Source: Dehalococcoidia bacterium
GTDB taxonomy: Bacteria; Chloroflexota; Dehalococcoidia; Bin125
Length of the DNA: 64,000 nucleotides
Reading direction: 5' to 3'
Assembly: GCA_963663895.2 (NCBI GenBank)
Contig: CAXXRD010000001.1
Span: 768,001 to 832,000, forward strand
A program made the translations under genes and the position numbers. The notes under the pieces are model-generated. The model searched no databases, was not told the DNA's origin, and saw nothing but the letters and a program-made list of their open reading frames with translations. Positions 30,996 through 44,700 of the stretch are shown piece after piece. Each line of letters starts with the position of its first letter. Position 1 is the first letter of the stretch.

Positions 30996-31315
30996 CAGCC
31001 GAAGCGCCCGCCGAAGATGCCCAGGGCGCGCCGCACACCGGCCACGAAGCCGCGCACGCGGATGATGGGCGTGACGACGGCATCGGAGACGTACTCGCTG
31101 GTGACGCGGACGTTGCGGACGGTGCCGCCCGCGTTCTCGAGGAGGGGGCCAAGGCCGTCGCCGATGGTCGCCCGGCCGACGCCGATGAAGCGATAGAGGC
31201 CCCAGCCGACGGCGGCGAGGACGACCATCGTCACGATCAGGGTGAGAATGGCGACGATACCGAAGACGATCAGGACGATGTCGCGGATATCGGTAAGGAT
31301 GGAGAGCGTTTCCAG
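30995..31315 (-). CDS. Small membrane protein (DUF948-like layout), probable CTG start
   Basis: Hydrophobic frame extends upstream of GTG 31234 to LETLSILTDIRDIVLIVFG, preceded by GAAAGG and an in-frame TAG. Confidence 0.6.
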   Translation of the reverse strand: METLSILTDIRDIVLIVFGIVAILTLIVTMVVLAAVGWGLYRFIGVGRATIGDGLGPLLENAGGTVRNVRVTSEYVSDAVVTPIIRVRGFVAGVRRALGIFGGRFG

Positions 31316-31446
31316 CGTGGCGCTGCCTTTCTACGCGGCGCGGCCGACGTGATCGGAGGGGGGTCGGTATGCTATGCGCCGCGCCGCAACGCAGCGGACG
31401 GGAGTATACCACCTAGAGCGATCGGCGCTGATCGGCGCAGCAGCGC

Positions 31447-32571
31447 TCAGGCAGAGGGTGCGGCGCGGGCCAGGGGCGCTTGGTGCCAGTCGCGCACGGT
31501 GCGCTCAATGGTGCCGCCGGCGATGACGCGGGATCCGTCGTAGCAGACGGCGGCCTGTCCGGGAGCGACGGCGCCGGCGGGAGCGCGGAGCCGGATCCAG
31601 ACCGTATCGGCGGCGTTGGGAGCGGCCGGGTAGAGCAAAGCGGGGACCGGGTCCGCCCGGTAGCGGAGCTTGACCTGGGTATTCATGGGCTCAGCGGGCG
31701 CGGGGATGAGCCAGCGCCAATCGGTGGCACGGAGACCCGCAACGCGCAGATCGTCCTGAGCCCCAAGCTCCACGGCGTTACGGGCAGGTTCGATGGCGGT
31801 GACGAAGGCGGGCGCGCCGAGGGCGAGGCCGAGACCGCGGCGCTGGCCGATGGTGAAGCGATGGGCGCCTCGGTGCTCGCCCAGGCACCGGCCGTCGCGA
31901 TCGACGAAGGCGCCGGGGCGATCCGGAAGGTAGCGGGCGAGGAAGTCGCGGTAGTCCCCGCCGGGGACGAAGCAGATATCGGCGCTGTCGGGCTTGTCGG
32001 CTACCGCCAGTCCGTGCCGCTTGGCGATCGCGCGGACGCCGTCCTTGTGCAGCTCGCCGAGGGGGAAGCGCGTGCGCGCGCGCGCCTCGGCCGGCAGGGT
32101 GTAGAGAACGTAGGACTGGTCCTTGCCGGCATCAAGGGCGCGGTGGAGTTCGACGCCGCCGGGTCCTTCGACGCGGCGGGCGTAGTGGCCGGTCGCGATA
32201 TAGTCGGCGCCGAGGGCCATGGCCCGCTGGAAGAAGGCGTCGAACTTGATGTGCGTGTTGCATTCGAGGCACGGGTTGGGGGTGCGGCCGCGCGCGTAGG
32301 AGCCGACGAAGTGGTCGACGACCTTGGTGCGGAAGGGTTTCTCTAAGTTGAGCACGTAGTGGGGAATATCGATCTGCTGGGCGATGCGGCGGGCGTCGTC
32401 GATGTCCTCGACGCCGCAGCACTGGGTGCGGCCGCTGAAGCCGGCAGGGCGCGCCTCGGTCCAGAGACGCATGGTGATGCCGATAGTGTCGTAGCCCTGC
32501 TCCTTGCAGAGCAAGGCGGCGACGGAGGAGTCCACGCCGCCGCTCATGGCGACGACGATCCGCTCGGGCAT
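31447..32571 (-). CDS. mnmA: tRNA 2-thiouridylase
   Basis: AMSGGVDSSV, GRTPNPCLECN, IATGHYAR, KDQSYVL, APGQAAV. Confidence 0.97.
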   Translation of the reverse strand: MPERIVVAMSGGVDSSVAALLCKEQGYDTIGITMRLWTEARPAGFSGRTQCCGVEDIDDARRIAQQIDIPHYVLNLEKPFRTKVVDHFVGSYARGRTPNPCLECNTHIKFDAFFQRAMALGADYIATGHYARRVEGPGGVELHRALDAGKDQSYVLYTLPAEARARTRFPLGELHKDGVRAIAKRHGLAVADKPDSADICFVPGGDYRDFLARYLPDRPGAFVDRDGRCLGEHRGAHRFTIGQRRGLGLALGAPAFVTAIEPARNAVELGAQDDLRVAGLRATDWRWLIPAPAEPMNTQVKLRYRADPVPALLYPAAPNAADTVWIRLRAPAGAVAPGQAAVCYDGSRVIAGGTIERTVRDWHQAPLARAAPSA

Positions 32572-32639
32572 TGCTATACTCCCGCCTGCTGTGCCGCGCT
32601 GCGGTCGCGCGCGCGGCTGCCCGAGAGAGGACGGAGCGC

Positions 32640-32987
32640 CTGCAAGGATCGCAGCTTGCTCGCCATATCGCCGACGCGCTGGCCGAGTTGCAGGCGGAGG
32701 CGGTCGTGGTGCTGGATATCAGCCGGGTCGCCGGATTCACGGACTATTTCGTGATCGCGACGGCGAAGTCGCCGCGTCAATTCGAAGCGCTGGCGCACGT
32801 GGTGGAGCGGGAGGTCCCCGCCGAGACGGGGGCGGCCAAACCGCGACGTGAGGGAAAGTCCGACTCCGGCTGGCAGCTGTTCGATTACGGGGACGTGGTC
32901 GTGCATTTGCTCACTCCCGAGCAGCGCCACTACTACGGCCTAGAGCAGCTCTGGTCGGGCGGGACGCCGCTGCTGCGGATCGAATAG
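32640..32987 (+). CDS. rsfS: Ribosome silencing factor (probable CTG start)
   Basis: VVLDI...TDYFVIAT...WQLFDYGDVVVH...YYGLEQLW; GAGAGG RBS before CTG 32640. Confidence 0.9.
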   Translation: MQGSQLARHIADALAELQAEAVVVLDISRVAGFTDYFVIATAKSPRQFEALAHVVEREVPAETGAAKPRREGKSDSGWQLFDYGDVVVHLLTPEQRHYYGLEQLWSGGTPLLRIE

Positions 32988-33013
32988 GCGCGCTGCCGGC
33001 GCATGCGGCGCAA

Positions 33014-33469
33014 TCACTCGTAAATCCAACGATCGGTATCGCGATCCCAGGGAAGCAGCTCGTCTTCGGAGAAGAAGAGGGCGATCTCCCTCCGGCCCGA
33101 CTCGACCGAGTCGGAGCCGTGGACGAGGTTGCGGCCCACTTCGAGCGCGTAGTCGCCGCGGACGGTGCCGGGGCCCGCCTCGAGTGGATTGGTTGCGCCC
33201 ATGGCGCTGCGGATGGCGCCGACGGCGCCGGGCCCTTCGAAGGCGGCCACGACGACGGGACCGCTGGTCATGTATGCGAGCAGGCCGGGAAAGAAAGTCT
33301 TGTCGACGTGCTCCGCGTAGTGCCGGCGGCCGAGGGCGTCGCTCATGCGGATGAGCTTGAGGCCGATGAGCTTGAGGCCACGCTCCTCAAGGCGGCCAAG
33401 GATGCGGCCGCTGAGGCCGCGCTGCACACCGTCGGGCTTCACGAGAACAAGGCTACGTTCGATCGTCAT
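33014..33469 (-). CDS. ndk: Nucleoside diphosphate kinase
   Basis: KPDGVQRGL, GATNP, GTVRGD, NLVHGSDS. Confidence 0.97.
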   Translation of the reverse strand: MTIERSLVLVKPDGVQRGLSGRILGRLEERGLKLIGLKLIRMSDALGRRHYAEHVDKTFFPGLLAYMTSGPVVVAAFEGPGAVGAIRSAMGATNPLEAGPGTVRGDYALEVGRNLVHGSDSVESGRREIALFFSEDELLPWDRDTDRWIYE

Positions 33470-33474
33470 TTTCT

Positions 33475-34251
33475 CTACTTCCGCGAAGGTAGTGAGGCTG
33501 AGTGCCGACCCTCCGCCGCTGTTGGCAGGTCTTTGTTCTGCGACTCCGTTGGCGCCGCCGGCTGGGGTTGGGGACCGATGGCGGGCTCGCGCAGGTAGAT
33601 GGGCTCAAGGCGGCCGGGGGCGAAGTCGCCGCCCGCTTGGAGCCGGTTCCACCCTAGCTCGGCGAGGAGTCCTGCGCGACGCAGCGCGACGGCGGGGGTG
33701 GCAAGGATCCAGCCTTGCGCGACAAGCGCGCTACGATCGGCGTCGCTCAGCCGATCGAGGTCGCCCGTGAGCAGGCCGGGGGATGCCGCTGCGCAGGGCA
33801 GGGCGTCGAGGAGGGCGCTCCAGGCAGGGTAGAGATTGGGCGGGCTGAGCTCGGTCCATGCGCCGGCAGGGCCGCGGTAGCGAGCGAGGGCCCATTGGTC
33901 GCGTCCAGCAGCATGCACGGCGGCGATGTCGCCGGGACTCGCGGCATGAGCGTAGGCCTCGATCTCCAGGCGGCCGACGCCCAGGGCGGGAACCGTCAGG
34001 GCGAGAGCGAGGGCGGTCGCGGTGGCAATGCCGGCGCGGATGCCGCCATACGCGCCGGGGCCCAGATCGACGAAGACGGCGCTGAGCGCTTGGGGCTCGA
34101 CTTGGGCAAGGCGACAGGCCTGATCGATCATGGGGACGAGCGTGGCGGTGTGCCGGCGACCGGCAGGCCAGGTGAACTCGGCGACGATACGGCCCTCCAA
34201 ACTGAGGGCGACGCTGGCAGTGGGGCCGACGGTATCGATGGCAAGTTCCAC
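33475..34251 (-). CDS. tsaB: t6A biosynthesis protein TsaB
   Basis: LAIDT, H...LVPMI, GPGAYGGIR, LEPIYLR; adjacent to tsaE. Confidence 0.9.
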   Translation of the reverse strand: MELAIDTVGPTASVALSLEGRIVAEFTWPAGRRHTATLVPMIDQACRLAQVEPQALSAVFVDLGPGAYGGIRAGIATATALALALTVPALGVGRLEIEAYAHAASPGDIAAVHAAGRDQWALARYRGPAGAWTELSPPNLYPAWSALLDALPCAAASPGLLTGDLDRLSDADRSALVAQGWILATPAVALRRAGLLAELGWNRLQAGGDFAPGRLEPIYLREPAIGPQPQPAAPTESQNKDLPTAAEGRHSASLPSRK

Positions 34252-34808
34252 TAGCGCCCACTCACCTTCGCGGCGCCCCGAGGCGAGCGCTCATCGGTCG
34301 TGAAGTCCTGAAGCCGCGCGGCGGCCGTGGGTCCACAGGCGGCGATGGTGATGACACGGTGCTCCGTGATCGCCTGCGGGCCAAGATCGGCCTCGAAACG
34401 CACCACGAGGTGGTCGGCCGGAGTATCCGCCGCCCAGCGCTCGGGCCACTCAACGACGAGGACTCCATCAGCAGCCTCCTCATCGAGCCAGAGGTCGGCC
34501 ACTTCGGCGGCGGCGAGCCGATAGAGGTCGGCGTGGAAGAGCGGCAAGCGGCCGTCGGGGTGCTCGGAGAGCAGCACGAAGCTGGAGCTGCGCACCGGCG
34601 TGGGCGTGCCGAGGCCGCAGCCGAGGCCCTGGGCGAAGACGGTTTTGCCAACGCCGAGCTCGCCGGAGAGCAAGACGACGTCGCCACGCTGCAGCAGACG
34701 GCCGAGGCGCTCGCCGAGAGCGGCGGTCTCCGCCGGCGAGCGGGTGGTGGCCGACCAAGGGGACGCCGAAGCCGCAGGGTCCGCAGTGCCTTCTTTGGAG
34801 GAACGCAT
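34251..34808 (-). CDS. tsaE: t6A biosynthesis ATPase TsaE
   Basis: LSGELGVGKT, SSSFVL, HADLYRL, VVEW; start approximate. Confidence 0.92.
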   Translation of the reverse strand: MRSSKEGTADPAASASPWSATTRSPAETAALGERLGRLLQRGDVVLLSGELGVGKTVFAQGLGCGLGTPTPVRSSSFVLLSEHPDGRLPLFHADLYRLAAAEVADLWLDEEAADGVLVVEWPERWAADTPADHLVVRFEADLGPQAITEHRVITIAACGPTAAARLQDFTTDERSPRGAAKVSGR

Positions 34809-34918
34809 TCTTCCGCAAGTATATGAGGAGGAACGGCGAAGTACCGTCCTGCCGGCGATTGCGCAGCAGATGGACCCGTCGCCAGGGGCGTAGACTGACG
34901 CGGTCGAAGGAGGCGCCG

Positions 34919-35926
34919 ATGAGCGAGCCAGTGCGGGTGCTGTCGGCCTTGCCGTTGCCGGAGGCGACCCAGCAGGCGCTGCGGGCCGTCGATGCGCGGG
35001 TCCGCGTGCGGGTGCTGAGCCGGGAGGCGCGACGGCGCTTCCGGAGAGCGGCAGGGGGAGACGAGGCGGCGGCGGAGATCCGCGAGGCCCTGTCGGAGAG
35101 CGCGGTGCTGTTCGCGCTGGGATTCGATCATTCCTGGCTGCCGGAGAAGGGACCGCTGCGCTGGATCCAACTGGCGTCGGCGGGAGCAGATCACGCGATC
35201 AGCAGGCCACTGCCCGCCGGCGTGGTCCTGACCAATGCCGGCGATCTGTACGCGACGCCGGTGGCGGAGTGGGTGCTGGCGTTCTTGCTGATGCACGCCA
35301 AGCAGATGCCGTTTTTCTTGGCGCGGCAAGCGGAGGCCGTGTGGAGCCGCACGGATCGCCTGGGCACGCTCCGCGGAGCGACGGTGGCGATCGTAGGGAT
35401 GGGAGCGATCGGAGGAGAGACGGCGCGCCTCTGCCAGGCGTTCGGGGCGCGGGTGCTGGGGTCAACGCGCAGCGCGCGCGCCGGCGGGCGGACGCCGCCC
35501 CACTGCGATCAACTCTTTGGGCCCGACCATCTGCACGCGATGGTGGCACAAGGGGATTACGTGGTGCTGGCCGTGCCGCTGACCGAGACGACGCGCGGCT
35601 TCTTCGACGCGGAAGCGCTCGCGGCCATGAAGCCGGAAGGGGTGTTGGTGAACGTCGCGCGCGGAGCCGTGGTGGACCAGGCGGCATTGGTGGAGGCGCT
35701 GAGCGAGAAGCGGATCGCGGCGGCTTACACGGACGTCGTGGTGCCGGAGCCGCTGCCCGACGGGGATGATCTGTGGTCAACGCCGAATCTGCACATCACG
35801 CCGCACAACAGCGGCGTGTTCAACGACTGGGTGGCGGAGGCGGGAAAGGTGCTTGAGGCGAATCTGCGGCGGTTCGTGGCGGGGGAAGCGCTGGCGCACG
35901 TCGTGTACTTGGAGCGCGGTTACTAA
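34919..35926 (+). CDS. D-2-hydroxyacid dehydrogenase
   Basis: SAGAD, GMGAIG, PLTETT, NVARG, PEPLP, TPHNSG; AAGGAGG RBS before ATG 34919. Confidence 0.93.
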   Translation: MSEPVRVLSALPLPEATQQALRAVDARVRVRVLSREARRRFRRAAGGDEAAAEIREALSESAVLFALGFDHSWLPEKGPLRWIQLASAGADHAISRPLPAGVVLTNAGDLYATPVAEWVLAFLLMHAKQMPFFLARQAEAVWSRTDRLGTLRGATVAIVGMGAIGGETARLCQAFGARVLGSTRSARAGGRTPPHCDQLFGPDHLHAMVAQGDYVVLAVPLTETTRGFFDAEALAAMKPEGVLVNVARGAVVDQAALVEALSEKRIAAAYTDVVVPEPLPDGDDLWSTPNLHITPHNSGVFNDWVAEAGKVLEANLRRFVAGEALAHVVYLERGY

Positions 35927-35929
35927 GTC

Positions 35930-35947
35930 CTCCCGCTGAAGCGGGAG
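35930..35947. terminator. Short hairpin between convergent genes
   Basis: CTCCCGC-TGAA-GCGGGAG directly after the stop; no U-tract. Confidence 0.35.
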
Positions 35948-36027
35948 CTGGGACGTCCTGCGCCGGCGAGCGGGGCCGTTGATTGATCCCCGTCCTTCGC
36001 GCGGCGCGGATGGAGCAGGGATGCGCG

Positions 36028-38478
<2,451 letters not shown>

Positions 38479-38588
38479 GCGCTTTGAGCGTAACACCCCC
38501 CCAGCGCGCGAGCGATCGCCCGCGTGACGGCAGGCTGCAGGGCGCGTGGCGGTCCGGACGCCGCCGCGGACGAAGGGCGGCGCGCGGG

Positions 38589-39620
38589 TTAGGCGCCGAC
38601 GAGCAGGCTTTCGTCTATGGGGGAGTTGCGCTCGATCACATCCAGGTATTCGAGCGCGAGGCTGGCACCTTGGGCGACACACTCGATGGGGTGGTCGGCA
38701 AGATGGCAGGGGATCCCCGTCTCTTCGGTGACGAGTCGGGGGAGGTTGCGGAGGAGAGAGCTGCCCCCCGTCATAACGATGCCGCGGTCGATGACATCGG
38801 CGGCGAGCTCGGGCGGGGTTTTCTCGAGCGCGGCTTTGATGGCGCCGAGAGCGACGGCAAGCGGCTCTTGCAAGGCGGTAGCGACCTCGTTCGAGGTGAC
38901 GGTCACGGTACGGGGCAGGCCGCTGAGCTGATCGCGCCCGCGCACTTGGGTGCGGAGCGTGTCGTCCACCGGGAGGGCGGAGCCGATGTTGATCTTGAGA
39001 TCTTCGGCGGTGCGCGTGCCGATGATGAGGTTGTGGCGGCGCTTCATGTAGGCGACGATCGCATCATCAAAGCGGTCGCCGGCGACGCGCACGGATTCCC
39101 AGGTCATCATGCCGTACATGGTGATGAGCGCCGCTTCCGTGCGACCGGCGCCGATGTCACAGACGAGGTTCCCGCGCGGGGTAGCGACGGGGAGGCCGGC
39201 GCCGATGGCGGCGGCGAGCGGCTCAGGGATGAGGTGCGCGGGACGGCGGGCACCGGCCTGCTCGGCGGCATCACGAACGGCCCGCTGCTCGACGGTATTC
39301 ACTCCAGCCGGAATACAGATCATGACTTCTGGCTTCACGAGAGCGAAACGACCCGTGACCTTGCCGATGAAATAGCGCAGCATCGCCTCCGTGACGACGT
39401 AGTCGGCGATCACGCCGTCGCGCAAGGGACGAATGACGCTGATGCTGTCCGGGCTACGGCCCAGCATGGCGCGGGCGGCCGTTCCGACGGCGACGACAGC
39501 GTTATCGCGGTGGGTGAGTGCCACGGTGGCGGGCTCGTTGAGCACTACGCCTTGGCCCCGCACGGCGGCGAGGATATTGGCGGTGCCGAGATCGATGCCG
39601 ATCTTTTTGCCGAGTACCAT
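38589..39620 (-). CDS. mreB: Rod shape-determining protein MreB family
   Basis: [38 protein letters not shown]. Confidence 0.93.
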   Translation of the reverse strand: MVLGKKIGIDLGTANILAAVRGQGVVLNEPATVALTHRDNAVVAVGTAARAMLGRSPDSISVIRPLRDGVIADYVVTEAMLRYFIGKVTGRFALVKPEVMICIPAGVNTVEQRAVRDAAEQAGARRPAHLIPEPLAAAIGAGLPVATPRGNLVCDIGAGRTEAALITMYGMMTWESVRVAGDRFDDAIVAYMKRRHNLIIGTRTAEDLKINIGSALPVDDTLRTQVRGRDQLSGLPRTVTVTSNEVATALQEPLAVALGAIKAALEKTPPELAADVIDRGIVMTGGSSLLRNLPRLVTEETGIPCHLADHPIECVAQGASLALEYLDVIERNSPIDESLLVGA

Positions 39621-39731
39621 GGTCCTCCTTGGCGCCTACGCAATCGCTGGCAGGGCCACTCGCTAGTGTATATCGATCGCGAGACGATTCGGACGGAAAC
39701 GCAGGCGACGCGGCGGCGGGCGCTGGAGCAG

Positions 39732-41012
39732 TCAGGCGCTGGATTCGCGAGGAGCGACACGCTCGATGGAGGCGCCGAGCGCGCGTAGCTTGCGGTCGAG
39801 GCACTCATAACCCCGATCGAGGTGGTACGCGTCCCGTAGCTCGGTGCGACCGCTCGCGGCGAGGGCGGCGACGACAAGCGCCGCGGCGGCGCGGATGTCG
39901 AGGCCGCGCACGGTGGAGCCGCGGAGCGGAGTCGGGCCCTGGACGATCGCCGTGCTGCCGGCGGTGTGGATGCGGGCGCCAAGCTTACGCAGCTCGCCGA
40001 CGTACTGGAGGCGGCTCTCGAAGACACGCTCGTGCACGACGCTGACGCCGTCGGCCTGAGTAAGGAGCGTGGTCATGAGGGCTTGCAGATCGGTAGGGAG
40101 GCCCGGGAAGGGGACTGCTTGGACGGTGCTGGCGTTGAGACGATCAGCGGCAGCCACGCGGACTGCGGTCTCGTCCTCGTGGACGTGGACGCCGATATCG
40201 GTGAGCTTGCTAAAGAGCGCATCAAGGTGCCGGGGCTGGGCCCCGTCGAGCGTCAGGTCGCCACCGGTCATGGCAGCGGCGATCGCGAAGGTGCCGGTCT
40301 CGATACGGTCGGGGATGAGGCGGTGGTCGGCGCCGGCGAGGGCGGGGACGCCGTCGATCTCAATCGTATGGGTACCGGCGCCGTGCACCTGTGCGCCCAT
40401 GGCGGTCAGCATGGAGGCAAGGCAGACGACTTCTGGTTCGGCGGCAGCGTTCACGATGGTGGTGTGGCCAGCGGCGAGGACGGCGGCGAGGAGCAGGTTC
40501 TCCGTGCCGAGCACGCTGGGGTAGTCAAGGACGACGCGGGCGCCGCGCAGCTGCGCCGCGGAGGCAACATGGCGGCCGCCGACTTCGCGGATATCGGCGC
40601 CGAGGGCAGCGAAGCCCCGGAGATGGACGTCCAGCGGCCGCTGGCCGATCCCGTCACCGCCGGGGGCGCTGCAGGCAGCACGGCCGAGGCGGGCGAGGAG
40701 CGGGCCCATGACAAGGAAAGAGGCGCGCTGATTGGCGACGAGACGATCGGGCGGCGCGTCGCCGAGCGGGCCGGGGGCCGCGAGATGGAGCGTGTTGGCA
40801 GCAGGGTCGACAGTGACATCGGCACCGAGGTGTTCGAGGATGGCGCCGAATAGACGGACGTCGTCGATCATGGGGACGTTGGTGATGCGACAGGGTGCAT
40901 CGGTGAGGAGGGCAGCGGCCATGCAGGGCATGGCGGCGTTCTTGCCCCCGCTGATCGGAACGGCGCCGTGCAAACGAGCGCCCCCGTCGATGAGGTAGGA
41001 GACTTGGGTCAA
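39732..41012 (-). CDS. murA: UDP-N-acetylglucosamine 1-carboxyvinyltransferase
   Basis: SGGKNAA, RASFLVMGPLLAR, PGGDGIGQRP, PDRIETGTF, PTDLQ, HLDRGYE; GGAGG before TTG 41012. Confidence 0.95.
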   Translation of the reverse strand: MTQVSYLIDGGARLHGAVPISGGKNAAMPCMAAALLTDAPCRITNVPMIDDVRLFGAILEHLGADVTVDPAANTLHLAAPGPLGDAPPDRLVANQRASFLVMGPLLARLGRAACSAPGGDGIGQRPLDVHLRGFAALGADIREVGGRHVASAAQLRGARVVLDYPSVLGTENLLLAAVLAAGHTTIVNAAAEPEVVCLASMLTAMGAQVHGAGTHTIEIDGVPALAGADHRLIPDRIETGTFAIAAAMTGGDLTLDGAQPRHLDALFSKLTDIGVHVHEDETAVRVAAADRLNASTVQAVPFPGLPTDLQALMTTLLTQADGVSVVHERVFESRLQYVGELRKLGARIHTAGSTAIVQGPTPLRGSTVRGLDIRAAAALVVAALAASGRTELRDAYHLDRGYECLDRKLRALGASIERVAPRESSA

Positions 41013-41125
41013 CTGAGGCCTCCGACGCCTAACACATCCCCAACTTGCGCCGAACAGGACCACTCCACTGTACGCCTGTACGCGGGCGCGGTGACACGCG
41101 TTCACCGCGCGGCGCCGGCAGCGCG

Positions 41126-41575
41126 TTAACGGCTGGGGGAATCGCCGCTGCGCTGCGAGGCACGCCGTCGCGCACGGCGCTCACCGACGCGGATACGCAT
41201 CAGGGAGCGCTGCATGGCGGCCTGGGCCCGCGCGCGGTTGACGTCCACCTCACTCCGCAGGCGGTCGGCAGCGCGGGCCCGCGCCGCCTCGGCGCGCTCG
41301 AGATCGATTTCATCCCCGCGCTCGGCGGTGTCGGCGAGCACAGTGACGGTGTCTTCGTGGACTTCGAGGAAGCCCCCACTGACGAAGAATGGCTCGTCGT
41401 CGTTGCCTTCCCTTTGGACGCGAAGCTCGCCGGGCTGGAGGACGGTGACGAGCGGGGCGTGGTTAGGGAGGATGCCGAGCTCGCCGATGACGCCGGGCGC
41501 AATGACCGCGTCGATGCCGGTCTCTTCGAAGAGGACCCGCTCACCGGTGATGATTTCGAGACTGAGTTTCGCCAT
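41126..41575 (-). CDS. atpC: ATP synthase epsilon subunit
   Basis: GELGILPNHAPL, SGGFLEV, IDLERAEAA. Confidence 0.95.
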   Translation of the reverse strand: MAKLSLEIITGERVLFEETGIDAVIAPGVIGELGILPNHAPLVTVLQPGELRVQREGNDDEPFFVSGGFLEVHEDTVTVLADTAERGDEIDLERAEAARARAADRLRSEVDVNRARAQAAMQRSLMRIRVGERRARRRASQRSGDSPSR

Positions 41576-41630
41576 CTTTTCTCGTTAGCGGTTGGGGGCG
41601 CGCTGCTTGCGGGCGGACCCCCAGAACTTA

Positions 41631-43068
<1,438 letters not shown>

Positions 43069-43091
43069 TGCTCTCTCCTCTCGTCGCGGGG

Positions 43092-43780
43092 CTAGCTCGC
43101 GACCCGTGCGGCGTTGACGGAGGCGTCGTTTCGCAGCAACTCCGTCAGATCGAACTCCTGGAGGGATTCCAACACGCGATCGGCACTCCCGAGCGCCGCG
43201 CGGGGAGATGTATTCGCTGCGGACGGCAAGCACGCGCATGCCGGCGCGGCGCGCGGACTCAATGCCGGCCGGCGCATCCTCGATGGCTACGCAGTCTTGG
43301 GGGGCGCGGCCGAGACGCGCGGCGGCGGTGCGGTAGATCTCCGGGTCCGGTTTGCCGTTGTGCACTTCGTCCCCGGTGACGATCGCCCTGGAAATAGTCG
43401 CCGAAGCGCAACGTGGCGAGCGCGATCTGGACCCACTCCCTGCGAGAGGATGAAGCCAGCGCGCACGGAAGACCGGCGGCGCGGACCTGGTCCAGAGCGG
43501 CCCGGGCGCCGGGCAGAGGCCGGGCGGCGGTGCGGTAGAGCTCGGCCAGCGTCGCGTCGTAGCGGGCGCTGTAGGTCTCGAAATCGGTGCGGAGATCGAA
43601 GCGGGCGCGGAGGTCTTCCCAGATATCGCGGCCCGTTCTGCCCACGTAGCCCGCGTAGGTCGCCACATCGAGCTGGATGCCCTGCTCCGCGAGGATCGCG
43701 CGGGCCGCCCCATAGTGGAGGCGCTCACCATCGACGAGTACGCCGTCCATATCGAAAATGATCGCGGTTGCGGTCGTCAT
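43092..43780 (-). CDS. HAD-family phosphatase (2 apparent frameshifts near 43390, 43205)
   Basis: [31 protein letters not shown]. Confidence 0.88.
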
Positions 43781-44663
43781 CCGGCCAAGGCCTCGACGCC
43801 GCCTGCGATATCGAGCAGCTCGGCGGTGATCTGATTCTGGCGCGCCTTGTTGTAGTCGAGCGTGAGATCTTCAACCATCTCGTTGGCGGCGTCGGTCGCG
43901 TTCTTCATCGCGACCATGCGGGCGGACTGCTCGCTCGCGGCAGCCTCCAGGATGGCTTGATAGAGCTTGCGTCTCGACGTAGCGGGGGAGGAGCTCCTCC
44001 AGCAACGCTTGCGGGGACGGCTCGAAGATGTACGGCATTTCCTGCGCGGGACCATCCGTCTCGGGCGGTTGGACCGGGAGGATCTGCACGGTGGTGGGTT
44101 TCTGGTTGGCGGTACTGACGAACTGGGCGTAGACGAGCAGCACTTGGTCGACGGCGCCGGCGATGTAGTCGTCGATTGCGACGCGGGAGATGGGGCGAAT
44201 CTGGGGCAAGGGAGGGGTAGTCGCCGAGCTGGGTGAACTCGGCGCGAAAAGGAATGTCGAAGCGGGCGTAGTAATCGCGGCCTTTGCGGCCGACGGGGAT
44301 CATGGAGACCTCGCCCGTGCGGTCGGGACTGAGGACGATCTCTCCGGCGTGACGCTCAAGGTTGGCGATGAGGCCGCCGGCGAGGCCGCGGTCCGGCGTG
44401 ACGAGGAGCACGGTCGCTTCACGGATCTCGCGCTGCTGGAGGAGGGGATGCGCAGCGCCGCCATCTTCCGCGTCCTCGCCGCTGTGGGCCGTGGCGAGGT
44501 TGCGCAACACGGCGCGCATGTGTTCGGCGTACGGCCGGGCGGCGAGGGCTCGCTCCTGCGCGCGGCGCATCTTGGAGGCGGCGACGAGCTGGAGCGCATT
44601 GGTGATCTTGGCCGTGTTTTCGACCGAGCGAATGCGGCGGCGGATCTCGCGGAGGGTTGCCAT
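43777..44663 (-). CDS. atpG: ATP synthase gamma subunit (2 apparent frameshifts near 44210, 43965)
   Basis: [53 protein letters not shown]. Confidence 0.95.
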
Positions 44664-44700
44664 GCAGTCGTGTCCGCTCCTCTATGTCACGGCGCTGCGC

